Position numbers and translations under genes: made by a program. A stretch of 63,397 bases of DNA from the NCBI RefSeq assembly GCF_001194135.2, contig NC_068982.1, forward strand, positions 77,534,384 to 77,597,780. Reading direction: 5' to 3'. This document shows positions 51,600 to 63,397 of the stretch, one piece after another. Positions within the stretch are counted from its first letter, which is position 1. Each line of letters begins with the position of its first letter. The stretch is from Octopus bimaculoides (lineage: Eukaryota). The notes under the pieces are model-generated. The model made no database searches. It was not told the DNA's origin and saw nothing but the letters and a program-made list of their open reading frames with translations.

Positions 51600-51778
51600 C
51601 CATATTGCTGCACTGCCTTCAGGGGTTTAGTTAAACAAATTGACCTCAGTCCTACTTTTTTTAAGTTGGCACTTATTCTATTGGTCACTTTCACCAAACT
51701 CCCGAGTCACAGGGATGTAAACAAACCAACTGTGGTTGTCAAGTGATGGTTAGAGACAAATACACATTCACGCGCACG

Positions 51779-51820
<42 letters not shown>

Positions 51821-51975
51821 GGGTTTCTTTCAATTTCTGCTGACCAAATCCACTCACAAGGCTTTGGTCAACCCGAGGCTATGGTAGAAGACATTTGCTC
51901 AAGGTGTTGCATGGTGGGACTGGGCCCAAGACCACATGGTTGGGAAGTAAGCTTCTTACCCACACAGTCATGCCT
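51600..51975 (-). mobile_element. tRNA-derived SINE, family B
   Basis: Same structure as 3120. Other partial copies near 1040, 9030, 20790, 41430, 62880. Confidence 0.8.
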
Positions 51976-52336
51976 GTACTTCATATAAACTTTCCATATA
52001 AATTATATAAAGCTTCATAAAATTTACATGATTTAACCCTTTAGCATTCAAATTTTTCTATCAAGTATAATGCTTGTCTTATTCACATTGTTTTGAATAA
52101 ATCATGCATTATCTCATAGTTTTGAGATTTCAATGATGTTATTGTTTAATTTTACAATGACATTGTAGGATAGGTGCAAGAAGCTGGACATGATCAATTT
52201 GAACGTAAAACAGGTAGATTATTTGGACCAGATATTGTTGGTTTAAATGCTAAAGGGTTAAACTGAAATTATAGGAGTATAAAATGTGAATGAAAAATGT
52301 CTCAGACATCCATTAAGAAACTAAATTGTGCCTTAC

Positions 52337-52421
52337 CTGATTTCGACCTCTCCGTTCTATACAACAACATAACAAGTGAAATCTTCGGTCCCATTTTTCT
52401 TCATAAGCTCTCAAAGCTTTT
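52337..52421 (-). CDS. DAGLA: Diacylglycerol lipase alpha, internal coding exon (first seen in window)
   Basis: Minus strand reads tttcag|A AAA GCT...AAT CAG|gtaagg, giving KALRAYEEKWDRRFHLLCCCIERRGRNQ. This resembles the DAGLA W-x-RR-x-x-x-x-CC segment and is in frame with the next exon. Confidence 0.85.
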
Positions 52422-52858
52422 CTGAAATTAAAGCAAGAAGTGAAACTGTTTTAAGGGTTCAAAATTTTAGACTAATTTTGGCAGGCTACTAAATATGGAT
52501 TCACAAACACATAGGTGTTCAACTCATGCCAGCATGAAACATGAACATTATGTAAATGATGATGATATATATATATGGATGGATTTATGCGTATATAAGA
52601 ACTCACGCACAACCCCTCTTGTTCATGTGATTTGTTTACACCAGTAACAGTTAAATAAATGCATATTATTGAGGTATAGTTCTACAGCTTGATATCCAAC
52701 TTGTTGCTAATGCATATCTGTTTTTCAAGTAAAGGATTCTTTAGTCCACCTATTTTCAAAAGTGCAGACTTAGCAGATGATTTGTTGACAGAAATGACAA
52801 CAAACATTACTGTTTGCAGCTAAGTACTTTTCTATGTGAAGTTCTGAATGCATACATC

Positions 52859-53208
52859 TATTAAGGAGGTGATTATTAAGTCTTAATTTACATTGATCAC
52901 AGGAACTTGATTATATAAATGACCATTAAATCAGTGAAGAATGTTTGGGAAAATAAGTTCTTTGAAAATTGATAGTGAAGTAATGAAAGGCTAATTACTT
53001 TCAATTGCTAACCACACAGTTCAAGTCTTAAAAAAAATGTATGCATGACTACATTGTAGTTTATTGATTGTATTTGTTAATTTTGTGTTAATTGTATTAA
53101 TTACATACTTTTCTGTCTTTTTCTCCTTCTTTCTGATCAAGACTAACTTTGAAAATAAGCACTGGTTAACACAAGATAATAGTCTCTCTTTCTGGTGATA
53201 TTTAAATG
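52859..53208 (+). repeat. 350-bp direct duplication, copy 1
   Basis: Nearly identical to 56191-56543 (a 3-nt indel and one substitution seen). Confidence 0.95.
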
Positions 53209-53904
53209 TGATATATATACGTGTGCATGCTCATTAGTTCATTTTTATACAGTTTTTCTTTTTTTTTCTTTTTCCTGCTCGCATGAGTTGAATGAATATT
53301 TGAGCTCCAGCCTTCTATGGTAATATGATGAGCATTAGTGCATCTACATTAAACATACACATACGTACATACACAAAAATGCATGTGGTAAAGAGTATTA
53401 TAACAGGAAGTCATTAAAAATGAAATCTGACTTGATATGTACCAAATGTTTTATAAATAAAAATGCTATTTGTATACATTCAATGAAAATATTACAGAAT
53501 TTTTTTAATAATTTCATTATGATGCACAGTAAGAGGAATACTGTAATCAATTCTACTTTGCATGGTCTTATATTTATTTATACATTTTCACAAAACACAG
53601 ATTTGTATGGTGTATGTAAAAATAGATGAGGAATAAACTGAATTGTAAAATTTCTTCAAAAGCAAATAATTTACTTGGAAGTAGGAAAAATATTGAAATA
53701 TCTAAGTGAACAAGATAAAAAAAACTTGTGGATTTATATTTAATTCCAGGTATTTCATAAAATCTGTTTCTTTAGTTTCTGTAGAAACAGAATATTTATT
53801 GTTTGTTAGGATAGTTACTTGCATTAGGCAAACATATTCATAGAAAAATTTGCATATTTTTACTGTTCCATCCGTGTGTGTGTGTGTGTGTGTGAGAGAG
53901 AGAA

Positions 53905-53936
<32 letters not shown>

Positions 53937-56190
53937 TGTGTGTGTGTGTATATGCATGACTGTATCATGCTTTAATGTCTGCTTTGGCATAGTTTTTATG
54001 ACTGGATGCCCTTTCTACCATCAACCATTTTACAAAGTGTACTGACCACATTTTATCACAGTACAAGCACTTACAAGGGTACCATATCCTTATAAGACTC
54101 TAGAGTCCTATCAATATTATGTGATCTACACTGATTCATTAACCATTTTAGAAATTGTATTTTATTGTGGAACCAGACCAAGTGAGGTTAAGACTAGAGT
54201 CTCTTAAGACTAGAGAAATCTTCACTTCTTTATGATGTATTTATTTTTTCAAAGTAATAAATCTGATAAGGTGAAGAGAAAAGAGAGTGATGATAGAAGA
54301 AAAAGGACAGGTGTATGAAGGAAGCAAGTGTATTATGATAGAAACACAGTAAGAGAGGGAGGAGAGAGAGAGAAAGTAATGAATAGTAATAGCAATAGAA
54401 ATGGGTAATGATAAGAGTGAGTGAATGGCTGTCAATTGGCTTAGGAGAGAGGATAACTGGCAATACAATAAAAATAATCTATCACATACTACCATGCTTG
54501 GTTATATTAGCAGAATAATACAGTGAATAGAGCAGAGGGTGAGTGGAACAAGGGGAGAGGAGTGTTAGAGAGATGAGTGGGTATCAAAGATGGGGAGGCA
54601 GTAGATGTAGGTTTATCATTACTACCTGTTTTTAATGGTGGTTTTACCAAAATTGAACAAAAAAGGGAGTCTTATCTTGCTAGTCATCTCAGTCATTTAT
54701 CATCTTCCCCACAAGGGAAATGTTAGAAGATCCTTAACTGAAGACACTATTTATGTTCAGTTAGCCAATCTACATTCACAATATAAGTATATTGCAATCA
54801 TATAATAAAATATGTTACAGTTTTTAAGAAGATACGCTTAATTGGTTTATGATTTTAGCAATGTTGATACACATGGATTATTGTTCATTAAATATTTCGA
54901 GCAAATGTAAATATAATGAGCTTATTTTAAATGATGTTTAAGTTGGATGAGGTGTGGTTGCTGAGTACTGAATGTAATAGGATAAAAGTTCCACTGCTTC
55001 AGATCCTGCCACTTGTATTTTCTGTAATGATCAACAAAGCTGTTAAGTAGATAATGTATTCTCTTCACAGTTGAGAGAGATACTAAGAGCATCTAGCACT
55101 AAAACATTTGTTTATATCTGAATTATGTAAGCATCTAATCCATGGTAACATAGAAAAATAAACATAAAAGCAAACAGCAACAAAGAAAAAAAAAAGGAAA
55201 TATTCTAATCCTTAGAATGTGAACCACTCACTGCTTTATCATCCCTACCCAATCATTCATACCCTTTGATGCCTCAAATCAGCTGGCCTCACCAGTTCTG
55301 TGATAACTATCCTTGGTAAGTCATGTGCTTCACATTTGATCTGTCAGAAGCAGAAACCATTCTATCAGGCATATTCCTCCATATCTCATACACAATAGAA
55401 CTTCACTATCTCAAGTCTCTCAAGTGGTTCACTCATAGATGGTTGCAGCACTTCAAATGATAAACTAAAGTCCATAATGCTTAAAGGAAAGCATGCACTC
55501 CTGTATGGCTCTTACATATCACTGCAACACCTTAGAGGCCATCATCTAAACCACAATGGATGCATCTGTTCGTCACACAACCCTCAAGCTTTCTCATTTC
55601 CAAAACTGCAGCAAATACTTTTGATTCTTTGCTAAAAATATCTTCAACATTGTGGAATCTTTATTTTCTTGCCTAATCATGAAAGTTCTTTAAACAATAC
55701 TCTCCCATCTTTATTGCATCCCTTGGATCCAACTCCACACACGAACATACTATGTAAATCTTCTCCAGATCTATCCTATTCCACTCCACAAGGCTCATAA
55801 CCATACACACATAAGCCAAATACCTCCAGTTACTTCAAACCAATGAGATCACTAACTCTAACAAAGTCCTTTTCATTGCCCTCAGACACTATGCCTCAGT
55901 GCTAATGCCTGTACTCACCAAATTTGCAAGCTCTCTCCCTCTCTATCAGAGGACCACTGAAGGCCATAGGCATTAACCCTTTCTCTAGGCCTAACAAATA
56001 AATAAATAAATAATTGGTTGGCATTAAGAAGGGTATTTAGCCAGAAAAATCAAGTCAAGGTCATCACACAATAACAGAAAACTCCAACAATAATAACACT
56101 GCCAATGTTGATGCCAACAATGATGTGGGGGGAAATAGATTTGGAGATTTTGCAAACAAAGTTCCACACAAGCCCTATTGTGTCTATGTG

Positions 56191-56543
56191 TATTAAGGAG
56201 GTGATTATTAAGTCTTAATTTACATTGATCACAGGAACTTGATTATATAAATGACCTTCATTAAATCAGTGAAGAATGTTTGGGAAAATAAGTTCTTTGA
56301 AAATTGATAGTGAAGTAATGAAAGGCTAATTACTTTCAATTGCTAACCACACAGTTCAAGTCTTTAAAAAAATGTATGCATGACTACATTGTAGTTTATT
56401 GATTGTATTTGTTAATTTTGTGTTAATTGTATTAATTACATACTTTTCTGTCTTTTTCTCCTTCTTTCTGATCAAGACTAACTTTGAAAATAAGCACTGG
56501 TTAACACAAGATAATAGTCTCTCTTTCTGGTGATATTTAAATG
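56191..56543 (+). repeat. 350-bp direct duplication, copy 2
   Basis: Nearly identical to 52859-53208. Confidence 0.95.
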
Positions 56544-56849
56544 ATGTGACACTAATTAATATGTATTAATTTTACTGCTGTTATTACTCTTAACTTTGGA
56601 TGATGCTACAGAAATTAATTATTTTATGGTTTCAAAGTTATAATATATATACATATGTACATATACAAACACACACATGCATATATTTATGTATGCTTAG
56701 ATATATGTATTTCTGTGTATATATGTCATTATTCAGATTATTTCAAGATTTCTTGCTAATAGAGAAAGAACCAGTTTCTAACCTAGATCCAAGGTTCCTT
56801 CATTGGAATTTCAGTTTTAACAACAGGATATTTTTGTTTGTTTGTATGT

Positions 56850-58620
56850 ATGTATGCGCAGATCTGTGTGTTTTATGTATGTATTCTCATGCATATAGTT
56901 ACATATCTAGACATGCTCATATATATTTAAATGATAAACTTCTGGAAAGTTTTACAGATTTTTACAGTTCCAGTAATGGATTGGATCTGTAGCCTTCAAA
57001 TTAGCTTTCTCTTTTCTGGTTTTGAGAAGCCTAATTTCTCAAGATTGTTATTTAGGCAGTGTGCTACATATCCCAGAGCCTCAATAATTACAGGTATAAA
57101 CCTGAACTTGTAATCTAGATAGAGTAACTATAGATTTCTCAATAGTTCAGCATAGGTGTTCTCTTTTTCACTGATCTTCAGCTTTATGTCAACATCTGCT
57201 GGGCAGCTAATTTCTACAACTGTGCACAGTTTCTCTTCTGTATCTCAAATCATTATATCAGGTCTGTTGTGCTTATATTTTATTGAGGTCTTCATTGGTA
57301 CATTCCACCAGTATTCCATTTTATTATGAGTGGCTATGGCTTCTACCATATTGTGGGTTTTTGTTTCTTTGTCCTCGGGATTATCCTTCCAATGGATTTC
57401 ATTATAGAGTGTCCTAGCTACAATGTCATGTCTCATTGGTAGATAATAGAGTGATGACATCTTTGGACAACTGCTTATGATGTGGGTGATATATTCAGTG
57501 TGAACTCCACAAAGTCTACATCAGTTGTCACATTTTATGGCTTTTTCTACATCTCTATCCCTTTTGTCTATCAGGTACTTGGTTGATATTTCCTTCCCTG
57601 GATTGCAAACGCATACCCTTCAAAGTGGGAGGTAGTAATCCAGCTATTCGTCCATGATAAACTGCTTTGATGATCGCTGTTACTATCATCATGGAGCTTT
57701 CTACTAACATATCCATGCATAGTCTTCTGCTTATGTAGGCTTATCCTTTCATCTGATGATATGTTGTGGTAGAGTTGTGTGACTTCTTTGGGCATGTATT
57801 CTAGGTCATCAGACACAGAGTGTTGCTCAAGGAGCTGCCTTCCAAGTCTTATGATGCTATCAACTTCATGTATGCAAACTTGGTCAAGGGATGCACTTCG
57901 ATGCTTGGTGGTTAAAAGATGTTGCCGAAGGGATATGATGCGACATTCAAAAGCATTTTGGATCAATGTTAAGCCTCTGCCATCTTGTTTACATTTTAGG
58001 TAGAGGCGGGCTACAATGTTTATGTGGAAATTATGTGTGCTTGTTAGTATTATTCAGATTTTCACATCAATGGCTTGGATCTCATCAAGCGTCCAATCAA
58101 GCAGCCCAAATGTTGGTATGAGTACTAGCACTGCAAACACATTGTAGGCCACTGTTTTATTGAATGCAGAGAGTTCTGAGGTCCAAATTTTCTCTATTCT
58201 GCTGTAATATTCTTTAGTGACACGTGTTTTGTTACAAGTGCCACTATAAAATATATTTTCATCCACCCCTAGATACCTGTAACATTCCTTGTCAGATACA
58301 GGGGTAACAGTTAGATCATTGACGGAGATGCTACTAGTCTGGTTTAAAGTTTTCCCCCTTTTCACAACCATATAACAACATTTATCCTGACCAAACTCCA
58401 ACCCTACATCCTTTGAGAATGTTGCAACTAGGTCAATGCATATTCTTTGCATAAAGTTTTAAGTTATCCACAAAAAACTGTAATTTTGGTATTTCTGTTC
58501 CCTTGTGACCCAGTGAGATACCCTTCAGACTTCCTTAACATAAATGACAAGGGGTTTACAGATAGTATAAACAACATTGCAGAGAGGCTGTCTTCTTGGA
58601 ATATGCCTTTGTGATATTGT
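56850..58620 (-). mobile_element. R4/Dong-like non-LTR retrotransposon fragment (RT, CCHC region, RLE, 3' UTR), third family
   Basis: KGIFQEDSLSAMLF, FGQDKC, YRYLGV, MRHDIVAR, HNRPD, VEISCP, GTVKICKTF*, then a (CATA)n tail. Frameshifted. Confidence 0.88.
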
Positions 58621-58683
58621 TTTCTATTGGTGATAATTGAATGAATGAATGTATATATGTGAGTGTGTGTGTGCACGCACGCA

Positions 58684-58878
58684 CAGATTAGTATGTTTTA
58701 TGTATGTATTCTCATGCATATAGTTACATACCCGGACAGGACATGCTCATACATATTTAAATGATAAACTTCTGGAAAGTTTTACAGATTTTTACAGTTC
58801 CAGTGATGGACTGGATCTGTAGTTTTCAAATTAGCTTTCTCCTTTCTGGTTTTGAGAAGCGTAAGTTCTCAAGATTAT
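58684..58878 (-). mobile_element. Second, 3'-only copy of the 56850 LINE in tandem
   Basis: About 190 bp nearly identical to 56857-57048, in the same orientation, flanked by CA/TA microsatellite. Confidence 0.85.
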
Positions 58879-59113
58879 GTATGTGTACACACACACACAC
58901 ATATATATATACGTATGTGTATTTTTTCAGTGTTTACAAATAACACACAAAAAATAAATAAACAGTTACCAGGGTAGCAAAAATTCACACAAGTAACAAG
59001 GATGTAACAACCTATTTATAAAGGTAGAAACTCTGGGTTAAGGTGAAATGTTTTGTATAATATAGATAAATAAATAAATGGAGTTAAACACAGGTATTAT
59101 TCAAATTCTTTTA

Positions 59114-59200
59114 CTTCCGACATATGTTTTGAAGACAACATTGGTATTATTCCAAGAGGAATAAAATGGTGTAAAACAATGCAATCTTCTCAACAGGGAA
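59114..59200 (-). ncRNA. Degenerate hammerhead ribozyme, second family, minus arm
   Basis: TTCC-CTGTTGA-GAAGATTGCATTG...CAATGTTGTCTTC-AAAA-CATATG-TC-GGAAG. Helices intact; core carries A6U and G12A. Confidence 0.65.
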
Positions 59201-59323
59201 AGAAAGAAACCAAACACATTAATAAGATATGTTAACACACTTCATCACTATACATTCCCTTCATCATTATATGCAGTCATCACATTCTGTTAAAATGTCT
59301 TATTAGTGTGTTTGGTTTCTTTT

Positions 59324-59409
59324 TTTCCATGATGAGAAGATTGCATTGTTTTACACCATTTTATTCCTTCTGGAATAATACCAATGTTGTCTTCGAAACA
59401 TGTCAGAAG
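59324..59409 (+). ncRNA. Degenerate hammerhead ribozyme, second family, plus arm
   Basis: TTCC-ATGATGA-GAAGATTGCATTG...CAATGTTGTCTTC-GAAA-CATG-TC-AGAAG. GUC triplet and palindromic ACATGT helix III; C3A change and first helix I pair broken. Confidence 0.65.
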
Positions 59410-61682
59410 TAAAAGAATTTGAATAACACCTGCGTTTAACTCCATTTATTTATTTATAGATATTATAACATAAATGATATTACAGATGAGAACAAATGTG
59501 TTGATTCAACTTATAACAAGCTTCAATTCTGGTTTGTGTTTACAACCATGGCATTATTATGAAAAAAAAAAATGTTTAAAAATATCAAACATTTCTTTTT
59601 GGTGTCACAGATAGATGCAACATATGTGTACTTTTTCTGTAAGGAACATAAATTTATATCTGGGTTAAAAATAGAAAAAAATTATATAAACATATTTTAA
59701 TGCATATGCATTACTTGTTTCCATGTCATATCCTTACATAAAATTATACATTCACATTATATTACATATATTACATTATATTATAGCTCTAGGTTTGATG
59801 CAATATAGATATGATATATTCAAATCTATCAAATACTTCAGTAAACTTTGTATTTGCAAAATATTTATCATTGTTGTCTCTATAAAGATAGCACCCACCA
59901 AAAAAAAAAAAAAAGGAACTAATGTATCTCAAGGTTTGGTTATAGCTCACACACTCTTTCATCCGTACATTACTCATAATCGCTTTAACTATATGTAATC
60001 CTAGATAACTGATGCCACTCTTCACTTGTTAAGTATTTGTACACAAGCATCCTGGGCAACTTATGACAGTACACTGCTTTCTTGCAAAATAGTTTACCAA
60101 TGAGGCCATGAAATCAAATCCTCATGTTCTTCAACACAGTTGCTCTACATATCAAGGAAAAAATCTTGTACTTCCCCTTATATCTGAATCACTGATACAC
60201 GCATGAAACTGTTAAAGTTGCTACAAATATTAGGCTATATAACCTATGAAAATATCTCCTGGTAATATCACACTGTCAAACCTCCATCTAAAAGATTAGG
60301 TTTTGTTTTCAACTTTGATTGGTGGCTGATATGACACATATCTAGGACAGATTTAAAGCCACACACACACAAACTTCTTTTAAAAACCTTCTTGATTATT
60401 AGCAGCCTTAATAATTCATGCTAAATACTTGACTTTGCAGAGCCATGTAAACATCAAGCAGTCTCCTTTAGTCAATGTTGACCAGACAATACACATATGA
60501 GCAGGCTTGGATAAGATCTTTTTTTGAGGAAGAATAACAGTTGCCCATGTGCATATCTCCTCTCTCCATACTACTGATGTATATCGAAGGAGGAAAAACC
60601 CATTGACTTAGGCCTATCCAGCTTGGCACCAATGTCATTGCAGGTGTTACTGCCAGAATACAATGACCCAGAACAAGTGCCATCTAACAGTTCTACCAAT
60701 CTACATTCATTATGATATAAAATATTTAACAATGATTTTGATTATACAGGTGGTTTCTGCTGTTAAATCCTAGGAAAGTTCTGATTTAGATGACCCATTC
60801 TTGATGGTTGCCAATCCATAATCACCCTGATTTGTTTGCAGACTTAGTGTATCAAGGACAATATTATCAAACGTATTTTTCCTTTTAAAGATGGTATGGT
60901 GTCATCTGAATGAGATTTAGTTGCTATTTCTTGCAGGTCATGAGACTACAAAGGCTCTGTTGTCAGCCTATTGTTGTATCCTTTAAATTTAGATAGCTCT
61001 GGCATTAAGGGATATATTTCTTCTATTCATGAAAAAATAAATTCTCATCACAGCATCTTACATTTGACTGAGGTGTATTTACAGGAAGAGAGAACATTAG
61101 AATTCAGAACAGAAATATTATAATTAATGATTGAACACTATCAATAAACTGAAATCTCAATGTCAAGATTGTATCTAGTAGTTATGCATTATGCAACATT
61201 CTATGTGAGGGAATGAATCAAAGGCTCAGTAACTGAGATTATTGATTGGTAGCAACAACTAGTTTAGATCAGGGAAACAGGGAAGCACAGCTGAACAGAC
61301 ACATTATCCATATAATAAATACTACAGTTGCCAGGTAGGTGAACCAGTTTGTACAAGCCATGCGAGACTATTGTTTTCTTTCTCGGATCTAGTAAAAACA
61401 ATTTCCTGTGTGCATCATTAATATCTAGGCTGCTATAAATATTTAAAACAATAATACAATTTAAATTATTCTCCTGTTTTCTTGAACATCTAATTAGAAT
61501 TCAATTAATTTATACCATTATTTTGAATAATGATGTTTTTGTGAAATTAAGATATAATTATAAACGATATAATTTTCTTATTGATTACCAAATTTAAAGT
61601 AAATATTGAATAACCATAACTTAACTAACATAAATGCAGTCTTGACAAATTAGCTGCTTGATATATGTGTGTGTGTGTGTAA

Positions 61683-61723
<41 letters not shown>

Positions 61724-61726
<3 letters not shown>

Positions 61727-62880
61727 GGTGCGATGGATAAATTGCCGCCATTTTATATATGTAATTTCATGTATGCACATTGTTTGTTTTTGATTTTGAC
61801 TACACAGCATAGTATGATCAGTTGGGTACTATCTGTGAGAAAAACAGCACCAATGATGCAGTTCACACTGCCAGAAATATGGAAATGACATGTACTGCTT
61901 AGCATTCATGCCAAAAGCTCCAATACAAACATTTCAGAGTGTTTGGGTGTCAATCTGAGGACACTGCAGAGGATTCAGAAAGAGTTGGATGAATCTAATG
62001 GTGATTATAAAGATATGGCAGCTTGGAAAACTCTGATTGCTCTGATAAGAAAAGAACTCCTGAATTTGTTGGTGAGATCCAGGCTATGATTGACAATAAT
62101 CCCTCCAAGTCAATCAGGTCCATTGCTAGGGACATAGGAGTGTCTGAGTTTCTTTTCAGGCAGGTAGTGCATGAAGACATTCGGTATTCATCATACAAGA
62201 TGAGAAAGGGCCAATTTTTATCTCAAGCCATCAAGGAAAAGAGGAGAGACCATGCTACAAAGCTTTTGAACAAACTCAAGTACCCCCTCCAACCAAACCT
62301 GCTTTGGTCTTTCTCAGATGAGAAAAATTTCTGGCAGGATCAGATGGTGAACACAGAACAGCCATTGGCTTGCCATGTTCCCAAAACATGTACCAAGAGT
62401 AACAAAAAAATCAAACATACAGTCAACATCATGGTGCTTGGGGTGATCACTAGTGATGGTGACATTATGCCTCCATTTATATTCCCACACTGCCTCACTC
62501 GCAACATGGAGGCCTACATCAGGTGCCTGGAGGAGGTAGTGCTACCCTGGGTGAAGAGAGTGGCTGCTGGAAGACCCTATTTCTGGCAACAGGACTCCAC
62601 ATCATGCTACACAAGCAGGAGAACTCAGTCATGGATGTAGCATGATGTGGAGTCCTGTTGCCAGACAGGTTGGGTCCAGCAGCCACTTTCTTGACCCAGG
62701 GTAGCACTACCTCCTCCAGGTACCTGATGAAGGCCTCCATCAGTTCATCTTTGGTATTACAAGGAGTTTTGTTGGTCTCTTGCTCAACTGTACCCCACAC
62801 ATAATAATCAAGGAGGTTGCAGTCTGGGGAATTAGATAGCCAGATGTTAGTGGTGATGTGGTCGCAGAAATTGTCTGACT
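61724..62880 (+). mobile_element. DD37D maT-like element with rearranged, inverted 3' part
   Basis: The left TIR follows (TA)n. ORF 62023-62640 (HTH, FSDEKNF, WQQDS) is followed by inverted transposase sequence (minus strand NSPDCNLLDYYVWGTVE). No right TIR. Confidence 0.88.
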
Positions 62881-63049
62881 GCAAGCTACTTACCACACAG
62901 CTACTCCTGCGCCTATTTATTTATATATATATATAATATATGTGTATATGTATGTAATATATATATGTAATATATATGTGTATATATATGTAAGATATAT
63001 ATATATGTGTATATATATGTAAGATATATATATATGTGTAATATGTGTA

Positions 63050-63397
63050 TCTATATATATAAAAATGAGAATGTGTGTCTGTCTGTCTGTCTGTGTGAAT
63101 CCCTAAAACTCGAGAACTACGCAACCAATTTCATTCAAATTTTACACATGCCTTACTTAGGGTTCTAGTTGTGTTTTAGTCAAAAAATTTTTTAACTTCT
63201 TGCAGAGTTCGAGCCCACGGCAACATAATATCTCCTCCACTATTTAAGTATTACGTGTCAAAAGTGAAACAAAAACACTCATGTCAAATACTTTCACTTT
63301 AAAAATGAAACTATTCCACTAACTGAAACAATCACATTTCGATACTGTAATGACAGATACTTTCACAGAGAGAGAAAGAGAGAGACAGAAAAGTATA
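63050..63397 (+). mobile_element. Probable 5' end of a non-autonomous Helitron/DINE-1-like element (runs out of window)
   Basis: A|TCTATATATATAAAAATGAGAATG followed by (GTCT)n and AACCAATTTCATTCAAATTTT, the usual 5' layout of such elements. The 3' end is not visible. Confidence 0.55.

Larger units (their letters stand above)
59066..59457. repeat. Near-perfect palindrome (arms about 170 bp, spacer about 52 bp), probable Penelope-type pLTR foldback
   Basis: 59066-59236 is the reverse complement of 59289-59457 with few mismatches. Each arm holds one hammerhead and ends outward in (TTTA)n. Confidence 0.85.

Noticed and set aside
53845-53875. GTVKICKF as another R4/Dong fragment
   Set aside because: The match is under 30 nt, next to a microsatellite, and cannot be told from chance.
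56857-58878. LTRs or a giant TSD flanking the RT fragment
   Set aside because: The repeat translates as the RLE C-terminus of the LINE itself; it is a second truncated copy.
52422-63397. Upstream DAGLA exons (transmembrane region, FDP motif)
   Set aside because: Not found by eye; they probably lie beyond the window end. Downstream exons, including the catalytic His, were likewise not found below 2798.

Overview
AT-rich, microsatellite- and repeat-dense animal genomic DNA. The SINE/LINE repertoire suggests a coleoid cephalopod, probably Octopus (inference). Most of the window is intron of one minus-strand gene, diacylglycerol lipase alpha (DAGLA, the 2-arachidonoylglycerol synthase). Nine internal coding exons (52337-52421 down to 2798-2866) splice in frame through GT-AG junctions into 1023 nt, including the catalytic GHSLG serine and GKD aspartate. 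The 5' and 3' exons were not found and probably lie outside the window. The introns carry Tc1/mariner elements (three DD37D maT-type copies and one full-length decayed DD36E-type Tc1), RTE LINE fragments, R4/Dong-like RLE LINE fragments lodged in microsatellites, a gypsy remnant, a probable Helitron end, tRNA-derived SINEs, MITE-like palindromes and short local duplications. The most notable observation is two unrelated head-to-head palindromic elements (43021-43241 and 59066-59457), each built from a pair of minimal type-I hammerhead ribozymes with a self-complementary helix III, like Penelope pLTR dimer-type hammerheads. One of them is fused to a tRNA-derived Pol III head. Repeat boundaries are approximate and were read by eye; no database searches were run.
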